DNA of 51,912 bases from a virus (taxonomy: Duplodnaviria; Caudoviricetes). The notes beneath the pieces are model-generated. The model ran no database searches. It saw nothing but the letters and a program-made list of their open reading frames with translations, and had not been told where the DNA came from. This document shows positions 1 to 8,047 of the stretch, piece by piece. Within the stretch, counting starts at the first letter, position 1. Each line of letters opens with the position of its first letter. Position numbers and translations under genes: made by a program. The DNA lies in the IMG/VR virus record IMGVR_UViG_3300030104_000504, positions 1-51,912 of that record; one strand, 5' to 3'.

Positions 1-140
1 TACCTACTCTATTTGCAGATGAATCAACTACTAATGTATTTGAATCCCAATTAAAGTCTCCTGTACCACCTGTCAGTGCAGTAAGAGTTCCTAAGCTTGT
101 AATGTTTGGTTGTGCAGCAGTAGCTATTGTTCCTGTAAGA
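1..140. repeat. Near-identical copy of 51005..51144; first 55 bp exact
   Basis: Direct comparison: 1..55 = 51005..51059, first mismatch at base 56, scattered mismatches afterwards. Confidence 0.95.
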
Positions 141-2107
141 CTATTAACTACTAAACTAGCAGCAGCATATCCTGTTGCACTTGTATTTACTGTTGTGCTA
201 GGTACTGTCTGTGTATCTGTAAATAATCTAAATGTATTATCAGTAGAAGCATCATAAAATAAACCAGCATACTTAGTTGTGCTAGATTCTACATATTTAC
301 CATAAAAACCAAAGTCTGTTGAGTTACCTGTATTTTCATCTGTTAGACCTGTAAAGTTAGAATCACTAACCACAGATCCAGTTTGTGTAGTTGTTCCTGT
401 AACTGCTAAATTACCTGCTACTGTTAAGTTATTAGCAATCGTAATATCATTAGCTAGTTTATCCCCTGTAACTTGATCGTCTGCAATATGTGCTGTATCG
501 ATTGCTCCATCAGCAATTTGATCAGAATCAATAGCATCATCAGCTATCATAGAGTTTACTATAACATCACTACCAATTACAAAATCTAAAGTATTATCAC
601 TATCATCATATGTTACTGATATGCCAGTTTCTGTATTAGAGCCAACCATAGCTCCTACAGTATCTGAAATAGTTTCAGCTAGAGTTGTACCATTAACTGT
701 AATAGCATCAGCTTCTAGAGTACCGTCTATATCTACATTTCCTGAAATATCTAATGTAGCTGCTGATAGTTCACCACCTATTGTTAAGTTACCAGAACTA
801 GGATTGTAAGTAAATCCTGTATCAGTTTCTAGTCCTTGGCTTCCTGTAGCACCATCAACAAATACAGGGAATATAGTTTCATCTGTACTGTTGTTAGCTG
901 ACACAGTTACTGAGGTAGCTAAAGCTGCTGTACCTGTTGTATCTTGGTTAAGTGTTCCAACTACTAGATCGATAGTGCCATCTGCATCTTGATAGGTAAC
1001 TGTAATATCTGTTTCAGTATTACCTGAGAACATAGCTCCAATAATATCTTGAAGCTCTTCTGTAGTATGTATATCTGATGTTAGTGCTATAGTACCCGTA
1101 GTTGCAGGTAAAGTAGCTGTAATGTTACCGCTGAATGCGCTATGTGCTGGAGCTTGTAGTCGTGCGTAGTGTGCGTTACTAGATTCACAATAAAAATCTA
1201 TGTATGATTGAGTTCCACCATTTTTAAGAGAAATAGCTCCTTGACTCAAAACTAAACCATCAGTTGAGCCTCCTGCTATTCCTAGCGTTCCAGAAATATC
1301 GACTGCACCGTTAATATCAATCGTAGTAGCATTTAATTCTATTTCAGTATCAGATACAAGATCAAGTACACCATCTGCACTTTGATGTATGTAAGTACCT
1401 GAATCACCAAACTGTAGTTGATCTGTGCTAGATAAAAGAAGTCCAGTATCAGCTACATGAGTAAGAGAAACATCTTGATCATCTCCAAAGTTTATGACTG
1501 CTCCATCTGCTAGGAAAAGATCACTAAACTGTAATGAAGATGTACCTAGAGCGGCTCCATCTGAAGCATCAGGGACAAAAGCTGTAGTGGCTGTGATAGT
1601 TGTACCCTGAATTGTACTAGAGCCTGTGACGGCTCCTGTGACTGCTAGAGTGCTAGATAGTGTTGTAGCTCCAGTAACTCCAAAAGTTCCTGCTACTGTA
1701 CCATTTGCATCTACGTCAAGTGTATCTACGTGTGCAGTACCATCTATAAAAAGATCTTTAAATTCTAATGAGCTTGTACCCAGGTCTATATCATTATCTG
1801 TTACAGGTACGATAGCCCCATCTTGTATTCTTATTTGCTCTACTGCGCTGCTAGAAACTTCTACAAAGAAACCCCAACGATTGTTAGTACTGTCAACTAC
1901 AAGTTTATTAAGAAAATCTAAGTCGCCAATAGTATGTATGTTACCACCGTGTCCAGCAGTACCATCGTGTCTGTGTCCTGTAGCAGTAGCACTAGAAGAA
2001 GAATAAGTAAAAGCATTTTCAAGTTGGTTGTATTCATTATTGAATAATGCTGCTGTAATGGTATCTCCATCTACGAACGTACTTTGTCTAGTATAGCTTT
2101 GAGCCAT
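1..2107 (-). CDS. Main tail fibre, N-terminal part (runs off the window edge; missing from ORF track)
   Basis: ATG at 2107 right after the stop of 2111..3724; hand translation is open to base 1 (MAQSYTRQSTFVDGDTITAALFNNEYNQLENAF...GHRHDGTAGHGG...DSSANRVG); Thr/Asp/Gly-rich and shares modules with 49254..51911. Confidence 0.85.
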   Translation of the reverse strand, partial: MAQSYTRQSTFVDGDTITAALFNNEYNQLENAFTYSSSSATATGHRHDGTAGHGGNIHTIGDLDFLNKLVVDSTNNRWGFFVEVSSSAVEQIRIQDGAIVPVTDNDIDLGTSSLEFKDLFIDGTAHVDTLDVDANGTVAGTFGVTGATTLSSTLAVTGAVTGSSTIQGTTITATTAFVPDASDGAALGTSSLQFSDLFLADGAVINFGDDQDVSLTHVADTGLLLSSTDQLQFGDSGTYIHQSADGVLDLVSDTEIELNATTIDINGAVDISGTLGIAGGSTDGLVLSQGAISLKNGGTQSYIDFYCESSNAHYARLQAPAHSAFSGNITATLPATTGTIALTSDIHTTEELQDIIGAMFSGNTETDITVTYQDADGTIDLVVGTLNQDTTGTAALATSVTVSANNSTDETIFPVFVDGATGSQGLETDTGFTYNPSSGNLTIGGELSAATLDISGNVDIDGTLEADAITVNGTTLAETISDTVGAMVGSNTETGISVTYDDSDNTLDFVIGSDVIVNSMIADDAIDSDQIADGAIDTAHIADDQVTGDKLANDITIANNLTVAGNLAVTGTTTQTGSVVSDSNFTGLTDENTGNSTDFGFYGKYVESSTTKYAGLFYDASTDNTFRLFTDTQTVPSTTVNTSATGYAAASLVVNSLTGTIATAAQPNITSLGTLTALTGGTGDFNWDSNTLVVDSSANRVG

Positions 2108-2110
2108 TTA

Positions 2111-3724
2111 TTATCTCCTTCCTGACGGTCTATAGTCTGCGTATATACCATTAATTGCATAAGGTGCATTAGTATCAATACTAAATATTCTAAAGTTACA
2201 AGCGTCACCACTACCTTGTACTGCCTGTCTTACTAACGGATCATTAGAAGCTCCAAAAGCTACTGCATTAAATGCAGAAGAACCAAACGTAGCAGGTTCT
2301 AAAATCTGATCTAACGTATAATCAGGAGGTTGAGGTATCGTGGTATCTCCATAATTATATCTAATTCTAAGTGTAGGCTGGCACTGACCTTCTGGCGTAA
2401 CTGAAATCTTTGCATAGTTTAAAGTTTTACGAGTTCCTGCATCTCCAAAATCTAAGAAAGGTGTTTCATACAATGCACTAACCTTTGTTTCTGTACCTGC
2501 TGGATTAAACGTAGCACCTGTATCATGGTTATAAACATAGCCATCTTTATCTCCATGATATGTTTGTTCTAGGCCATCTTTATCTAATCCAGATGTAAAG
2601 GCGTGTGCTTGTATTCCTTCAGTCTCTGACCATTCAAATCCGTTAGGTGTAATCGTACCTATTATTCCTTTTGAAGATACTGTTGTTGCAGACGGTTTAG
2701 AATAAAATAAACGATACTGAGATTTACTTCTTAATACTGCGCTTGTTATAAACAGCTCATCTATTTCACTAGCTATAGTTCCAATAATAGATTGTATAGC
2801 TCTACTAACAGAACCAAGCTCAACGTCACCAATACGTGCTGTACCTGCAACAGTACGAAGTCCATCAGGACTTAAAAATACCAAGTCACCACCTATTTCT
2901 TGAATAGATGCACCATCCATACAGCCTACATTTTTTGCAATAGGTACTACAACAATATTACTTGAATCATTTATATTTTGTAACTTATAAATTGAATTGA
3001 CACAAAATATAATTAAATCATTACGGAAACTTCTAATACCTACTACTTTATCATCAAGTACAATACTACCTGAACCAGTACTTGTAAAATCATCTATATC
3101 ATTTGTACCGCTATAATATATAGTGTTAGGTGCTGTAGATGCTCCTGCTACTACTAAATGCTTATCATGTATCACACAATATTTAGGATACACTGTACCA
3201 CTAACTGTTATTTCTTTTGCAAAAAAAGTTCTGGTATTTATATTAGCTCCTGTACCTGTCATTTTAAAGTACATTGGTTTTACACCAGAGCCTTCATCTG
3301 TTATAACTACTTCACCGTAATCTGTATTACCTTCAAAGACTGCAAAGTTTGTTTGGCCTTGTGAAGTTCTAGCTGCTGCTGATCTTCCTGTAAATGTACT
3401 GTAGTTATCTCCAGCAGCATCCACACTAGCTCTGTTTATTTGTAACCAGCTTGTACCATCTTGGCTAAAGTATACATTAGTACCTGAAGAAGCAATAACT
3501 CCATCTGCATAAACTTGTAGCCCTTTAATTGCATTTGAACTATTAGGTCTAGCAGCAGAGCTTCCACCAAAAGTAGTGTAGCCATTAATACGTCTATAAC
3601 CACCATCAGGGTCTACTTCAAAGTTAGATAGCGCAACAGCAAAACCAGGCTGCCCTAGCAATTCTAATTGGTTAAGGTTAGTGTTAAGACCACCTTTACA
3701 TGATATACCAAATGGTTGAGACAT
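2111..3724 (-). CDS. Tail nozzle / tail tubular protein B-like (P22 gp10 / T7 gp12 analogue)
   Basis: 537 aa, beta-rich, N-terminal GGLN motif, propeller-like repeats (TIYYS, DLVFLSPDGLR); lies between adaptor and fibre. Confidence 0.7.
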   Translation of the reverse strand: MSQPFGISCKGGLNTNLNQLELLGQPGFAVALSNFEVDPDGGYRRINGYTTFGGSSAARPNSSNAIKGLQVYADGVIASSGTNVYFSQDGTSWLQINRASVDAAGDNYSTFTGRSAAARTSQGQTNFAVFEGNTDYGEVVITDEGSGVKPMYFKMTGTGANINTRTFFAKEITVSGTVYPKYCVIHDKHLVVAGASTAPNTIYYSGTNDIDDFTSTGSGSIVLDDKVVGIRSFRNDLIIFCVNSIYKLQNINDSSNIVVVPIAKNVGCMDGASIQEIGGDLVFLSPDGLRTVAGTARIGDVELGSVSRAIQSIIGTIASEIDELFITSAVLRSKSQYRLFYSKPSATTVSSKGIIGTITPNGFEWSETEGIQAHAFTSGLDKDGLEQTYHGDKDGYVYNHDTGATFNPAGTETKVSALYETPFLDFGDAGTRKTLNYAKISVTPEGQCQPTLRIRYNYGDTTIPQPPDYTLDQILEPATFGSSAFNAVAFGASNDPLVRQAVQGSGDACNFRIFSIDTNAPYAINGIYADYRPSGRR

Positions 3725-4491
3725 TAAACAAACCTCATACGATCATCTTTAAAAGTACCAGGATTAGGTTCCATTAAATTAAGTTTCATTAACTTTAATC
3801 CTCGTTTATAATCTTCTAAAGCAAATGCAGCAGCTTGTGGATTTTCTTTAAATTGATGTAAATAATATCTAGCTCTTGCTAAAAGTACAGAATTATAAAT
3901 ATTAGGAAATACTGTAGTATCCCCATGTGCAGATAACTCAGTAGGTAAATCATAAGCGTAAAACCAAATACGATATACTTTATCAGGAATAGGACTTAAT
4001 CCAAACTTACGTGCATCAGGACTTCGTGTTACTCTAGCAGGTGTACCACCATTAGCATCTTCTGCATCGTCTTTGTTTTCACTAACACGAAAATAATCTT
4101 TCCAAGCTTCAGTATCAATATATCCTAAATTTCTAATAGTATAAGGAGAAGACTCTCCACTAACTCCTACAGTTGTTAAAAGAAAATTATCCCAATCTAC
4201 ATAACCATAGTCATTAACTAAACTAGAACTAGAAGCTTTAAGCTCGTACCAGCGTTGATTAGCTACAGTTTCTACATATACATTACCGTACATTGGGTCT
4301 GTAGCTCCACTTTCAGCCGTAGCTAAAAAAGGCCATTGAGGTTCTTCGTTAACTATATCAAGATAACCTCTATTAATAGAATCTTTTGCGTGTTGCTGAA
4401 TACCTACAGCAGAGCCAAATGTAGCAGAAGTTAATTCAACTTCATTCATCTCACGTAATAGTTCGTTTGTTAAATTAAGAAATGTAGCCAT
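3724..4491 (-). CDS. Head-tail adaptor / tail tubular protein A-like
   Basis: 255 aa, MATFLNLTNELLREMNE start, WPFL and LSPIPDKVY motifs typical of podovirus adaptors; synteny after capsid. Confidence 0.7.
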   Translation of the reverse strand: MATFLNLTNELLREMNEVELTSATFGSAVGIQQHAKDSINRGYLDIVNEEPQWPFLATAESGATDPMYGNVYVETVANQRWYELKASSSSLVNDYGYVDWDNFLLTTVGVSGESSPYTIRNLGYIDTEAWKDYFRVSENKDDAEDANGGTPARVTRSPDARKFGLSPIPDKVYRIWFYAYDLPTELSAHGDTTVFPNIYNSVLLARARYYLHQFKENPQAAAFALEDYKRGLKLMKLNLMEPNPGTFKDDRMRFV

Positions 4492-4637
4492 TACTTTTTA
4501 TGAACCTTTTGTACGTCAAAGTTAGCAGTAAGACTTGCACCTTTATGAGGTTTAAACTTACCAGTATGCTTCATTAGCTTGTAACCACCTTTAGATTGTT
4601 TCATCCAATGGTATCCTTTAGGAGCAGAAACTTTCAT
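4491..4637 (-). CDS. Small basic hypothetical protein (48 aa)
   Basis: Hand-translated MKVSAPKGYHWMKQSKGGYKLMKH...VHKK; fills the gap exactly with overlapping start/stop codons on both sides. Confidence 0.7.
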   Translation of the reverse strand: MKVSAPKGYHWMKQSKGGYKLMKHTGKFKPHKGASLTANFDVQKVHKK

Positions 4638-5038
4638 CGACCTTTAGGTAAACTTTTATTATACCCAGCCATGCTGTTACAAGCGTCTTCCATTGCATAA
4701 ATATCAGACTTAGCTTTACCACCATGACCATACATCATTCTATTCGGACTACCTTTAGACATTTGCTTACGCATTGTATTGTCCATTTCTTCATCCATAG
4801 GTGAATAACCCATAGCAGCTTTTTTACGTTCTATTCCACCATATTTCATTTTACTTCTCCCTGTGTATTTATTAGGCGTATAACTTTGTTTACTAGTAAC
4901 TTTATTTAATCCTCCAGAATTGTATTGAATTTTTTCATTATATTCAGGAGGAAATATAGGAAGGTGTTCAACACCCCCATAAAATTGTTGGAGAAGTTTT
5001 TGTTTAGTTTCTTGCATTAAATTTTTTACAAAGTGCAT
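4634..5038 (-). CDS. Hypothetical Met/Gly-rich protein; probable main start at 4849
   Basis: ORF track; GGAG RBS precedes internal ATG 4849 (MKYGG...); contains xxGG motifs. Confidence 0.6.
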   Translation of the reverse strand: MHFVKNLMQETKQKLLQQFYGGVEHLPIFPPEYNEKIQYNSGGLNKVTSKQSYTPNKYTGRSKMKYGGIERKKAAMGYSPMDEEMDNTMRKQMSKGSPNRMMYGHGGKAKSDIYAMEDACNSMAGYNKSLPKGR

Positions 5039-5259
5039 TAATCTTGCTCCATTGAAAAGGTTTTACTTTTTAAACGACACGCTTCAAGTTCAGTATTGTA
5101 GTCTTTAATTTCTTTTTTAGTTTTTGAAGCTTTTCTAAAAATTCTGTCGTAATTAAAATCGTATGCTTTTTTGTCAAAGTTTTTTCTAAACCTACTGTCT
5201 TTACTAACAATGGCTTTTCTAAACATCATAGGATTTTCATCCGAACCTATTTGTGGCAT
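5038..5259 (-). CDS. Hypothetical protein (73 aa)
   Basis: ORF with GGAG RBS directly after the capsid terminator. Confidence 0.7.
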   Translation of the reverse strand: MPQIGSDENPMMFRKAIVSKDSRFRKNFDKKAYDFNYDRIFRKASKTKKEIKDYNTELEACRLKSKTFSMEQD

Positions 5260-5269
5260 TTAAATCTCC

Positions 5270-5301
5270 AAAAAGAAAAAGGGGCTACCGAAGCAACCCC
5301 C
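5270..5301 (-). terminator. Rho-independent terminator after major capsid gene
   Basis: Minus strand GGGGTTGC-TTCG-GTAGCCCC (cUUCGg tetraloop) followed by TTTTTCTTTTT. Confidence 0.9.
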
Positions 5302-5308
5302 GTTAACT

Positions 5309-6298
5309 TTAGTCTATACCGTAGAAGGCAGAGACAAGTGCTTCACTACGAAGAACCTGTGCGCCATATACGTGTAGACCACGAACAATATCACCAAAGC
5401 TATCAGGGTCACGAATAACCTCTGTATTGGTAATTGTTTGTGCAGTAGCCGTAGAAGACATATGACCAGCAAGAACTTTACCAGCAGCGTTAGACGTTGA
5501 GGCAATGTTGTTAGTCTTGTACATGTCAAATCCACGTAGCTTACCAGAGCTTACCAATCCATTACGGATTGAGCCTTGTCCTGCGTTGTAGTCTACTGAC
5601 AACAACTTAGAGGAGCTTTGAACAAGCTGCTCATAGAACTCAGGACTAGCAAGGAACCATCGTCCTTCTTCAGGAATGTTCTGTTCGTCTAGCAAACGTG
5701 CCATTCGAGAAAGAACATCAATAGGATCGTGTTCGCCTGAAGCAAAACCAATGTCCAAGTTACCAGTACCATCAAAGGTTCCAGCAGCAAGGTCAGTAGC
5801 GTTGTCAGAACCAAGAACGTGGTTAGGGCTAGATGCAGATACGCCAGCAAACATTTCAGCAATTACACCTTCATCAAAAGCATCTCGCAATGCATAAGCT
5901 GCTGAAGAAGTTGCTACCTCACGGAAATTAACGTGAGACATGTTTGTTTCAATATCATCAACGATGAATTTGAAAGCGTTTGCTACATCTACTGTCAAGC
6001 TTAGTTCTTGGTCAGTAAGTTTAGTAGCTGTTACATCCTGTCCTCTTTCATACTGATAAACAGTGATTTCAGGTTCTTTGATGATTCTTACAGTATCACC
6101 AAAAGCTGAAATTTCACCAGCGTAATCAGTATTAGTAATTGCTTCTACTACAGAAGACTTTCGGAAAAAGTTAAGTACCTGCTTCGAGTAAACTTTCGGC
6201 AGGAAAAATGAGTTTGTTTGGCCTGATACAGAGTTACCAAAGTTTGCATTGGTATCTGTACTTGGCTCAAAAAACTGGTCTGATTGATTATAAGCCAT
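5309..6298 (-). CDS. Major capsid protein (HK97 fold, P22-coat-like group)
   Basis: 329 aa; FLPKVYSKQVL, TNTDYAGEI..GDTVRI, C-terminal RDPDSFGDIVRGLHVYGA; follows scaffold, followed by terminator. Confidence 0.92.
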   Translation of the reverse strand: MAYNQSDQFFEPSTDTNANFGNSVSGQTNSFFLPKVYSKQVLNFFRKSSVVEAITNTDYAGEISAFGDTVRIIKEPEITVYQYERGQDVTATKLTDQELSLTVDVANAFKFIVDDIETNMSHVNFREVATSSAAYALRDAFDEGVIAEMFAGVSASSPNHVLGSDNATDLAAGTFDGTGNLDIGFASGEHDPIDVLSRMARLLDEQNIPEEGRWFLASPEFYEQLVQSSSKLLSVDYNAGQGSIRNGLVSSGKLRGFDMYKTNNIASTSNAAGKVLAGHMSSTATAQTITNTEVIRDPDSFGDIVRGLHVYGAQVLRSEALVSAFYGID

Positions 6299-6322
6299 GT
6301 TAATATACTCCTAGTAAAACAT

Positions 6323-7159
6323 TTATTTTACTACTCTGCCCTCAATCATAGCTTGTTTGATTTCTTCTTCAAATTTATCAAACTGATCAAGAGACATTGC
6401 AGCAATTTCCCTTTCAGTCCAAATTTTAGGCTGTTTAGCGTCAACGGATGTAGTTTTTGTAGAAACCATATCTGCTGCTGAACCTTGTGGCCTTTGTTGT
6501 TTGGGCTGTGATTTAGTTTGAGTAATTCCGTTTTCTAATTTATAAAGATCTATAGCTTTAGAAGCTAGAGTTACATTATCAGGATTTTCATAAATCCAAG
6601 ATTGTATTTGCTCTGGCTGCTCTTTAGCCCACTCATGGAACTCTTCAGATCCTCTAAGATCTTCAAAGTCTGGATGACGCTCTTTCAAAGTAGTCTCAGC
6701 ATCTCTTCTCAGTATTTCAGCTTCACGTTGCCGCATAGACTGTAATTGTGATTCAAGGTCTGCAACTTGTCTTTGACTTTGCATATGAGCTACAGATTCT
6801 ACTGTACTATAAAGATCAGGATATTCCTGTTTAAACGCTTCTAGTTCTTCTTCAGATCTAGGAGGTTCATATGCTGGTTGCGCTGAACGAGCCGCAGCTT
6901 GCAGTTCTTCCTCTTTCTGTTTAAACTCAGAAACTTTCTGATCATAATGACGTTTTAAATCATCGTATCTTTTTTTATAATTAGTTCTTTTTTTAGGTTG
7001 TACTTCCTCATCAGGGGCCTCTTCTGGGGTAGCCTGTTGTGGTGCATAAAACAATCCATCTGCATCTCCCTTCTTAGGGTCATCTGGAACATGCCAAGAT
7101 TTACGTGCGTTATATGGATTAGCTGTTTCTTCCTCTAAAGTTACTTCGGACATACTCAT
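6323..7159 (-). CDS. Capsid scaffolding protein
   Basis: 278 aa acidic coiled coil, YKKRYDDLKRH, HPDF motif, C-terminal EIKQAMIEGRV; directly upstream of capsid. Confidence 0.8.
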   Translation of the reverse strand: MSMSEVTLEEETANPYNARKSWHVPDDPKKGDADGLFYAPQQATPEEAPDEEVQPKKRTNYKKRYDDLKRHYDQKVSEFKQKEEELQAAARSAQPAYEPPRSEEELEAFKQEYPDLYSTVESVAHMQSQRQVADLESQLQSMRQREAEILRRDAETTLKERHPDFEDLRGSEEFHEWAKEQPEQIQSWIYENPDNVTLASKAIDLYKLENGITQTKSQPKQQRPQGSAADMVSTKTTSVDAKQPKIWTEREIAAMSLDQFDKFEEEIKQAMIEGRVVK

Positions 7160-7167
7160 TCTCCTTC

Positions 7168-7243
7168 ATGGGGCTTGTGTTTCGCAAGGTAGCCATATTA
7201 ACTCCGTCGAGTATAATGGGGCTTGACTTACCAAGGTAGCCAT
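7168..7243 (-). promoter_or_regulatory. Tandem duplicated RNA hairpin in scaffold leader
   Basis: Two copies of ATGGCTACCTTG-loop-CAAGCCCCAT (7216..7243, 7168..7196) with different loops; the second abuts the AAGGAG RBS. Confidence 0.7.
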
Positions 7244-7248
7244 AAAAA

Positions 7249-7821
7249 TTATTGAACGCTAGGCATCTTATTAGCACCGATCATAAGCTTCTTGATTTCT
7301 TCATCAGTCTTGCTTAAATCGTATCTGCCTTTTTCTAGCTCGTCTTCATCTTCATCACGAGCCATTCCTCCTAGGTTCTTCTTTTGGTAACCGCCATCAT
7401 AGGCACGTTCAGCATCGTCCATCATTACTTGGAGATTGTCTGCACCTATTTGGTCAGTTGCTTTTTTGGTAAATACAAACTCTCCATCCGATAATCGGGC
7501 TGGTATAGAGTCTGATACACCAGTTCCAGGGCCTTCGACTTCTCCAGCACCTGAAAATTCTGAAGCAGTAGTAATTACTTTATCCATTATATCTGAAAGC
7601 ATTGGATCGTTTTGTAATACACCTGCTAAATATTCTTGTTCTTCATCGTTAAGGGATTCATCCATAACGTAATTAATATAGTCTTCTTCCATTTCTTCAT
7701 CAGGAAGTTGAGAGTCTAAAGCTTCTTCCATTTCATCTGGTGGAATATTTGGATATGTATCTAAAGGTACTCCTTCTGTAGGAGTCATTAAAGCATCCAT
7801 TTCTTGATTTACTTCAGCCAT
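7249..7821 (-). CDS. Acidic head-associated protein with GPGTGxSDSIPARLSDGEFV motif
   Basis: 190 aa; motif familiar from phage virion/tape-measure proteins; lies between portal and scaffold. Confidence 0.75.
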   Translation of the reverse strand: MAEVNQEMDALMTPTEGVPLDTYPNIPPDEMEEALDSQLPDEEMEEDYINYVMDESLNDEEQEYLAGVLQNDPMLSDIMDKVITTASEFSGAGEVEGPGTGVSDSIPARLSDGEFVFTKKATDQIGADNLQVMMDDAERAYDGGYQKKNLGGMARDEDEDELEKGRYDLSKTDEEIKKLMIGANKMPSVQ

Positions 7822-8047
7822 TTTCCTTCCTCTCTAATGCTTCGTTAACTATTTCAGGTAGTTCTAAAAATCTACCTAGTAAATTCATCTTCCCCTGGCT
7901 GCGGTACACCTCCAACTCCGATGTTGCCCCCACCAGTACCTGTAGCTCCAAGGTCTTGAGGTTGTTGAGGTACTCCTCCAGCGGCTCCCATTGCTGCTTG
8001 TTCTTCGTTAATGGGGCCAGCTTCTGCGCCAGTTGCTTGTCCAGCAT
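7814..8047 (-). CDS. Small helical protein overlapping portal 3' end
   Basis: 77 aa, AGGA RBS, EVYRSQG motif like small post-portal phage proteins; its stop overlaps the next start. Confidence 0.65.
   Translation of the reverse strand: MLDKQLAQKLAPLTKNKQQWEPLEEYLNNLKTLELQVLVGATSELEVYRSQGKMNLLGRFLELPEIVNEALERKENG

Noticed and set aside
1-140. Diversity-generating retroelement TR/VR pair or true terminal repeat with 51005..51144
   Set aside because: No reverse transcriptase; mismatches are mostly synonymous and not adenine-specific; the repeat lies mid-fibre gene, not at a tip or intergenic terminus.
5314-5535. Alternate-frame ORF over capsid 3' end as a frameshift extension
   Set aside because: Ends inside the capsid gene, no slippery site noticed, terminator follows directly; likely a shadow ORF.
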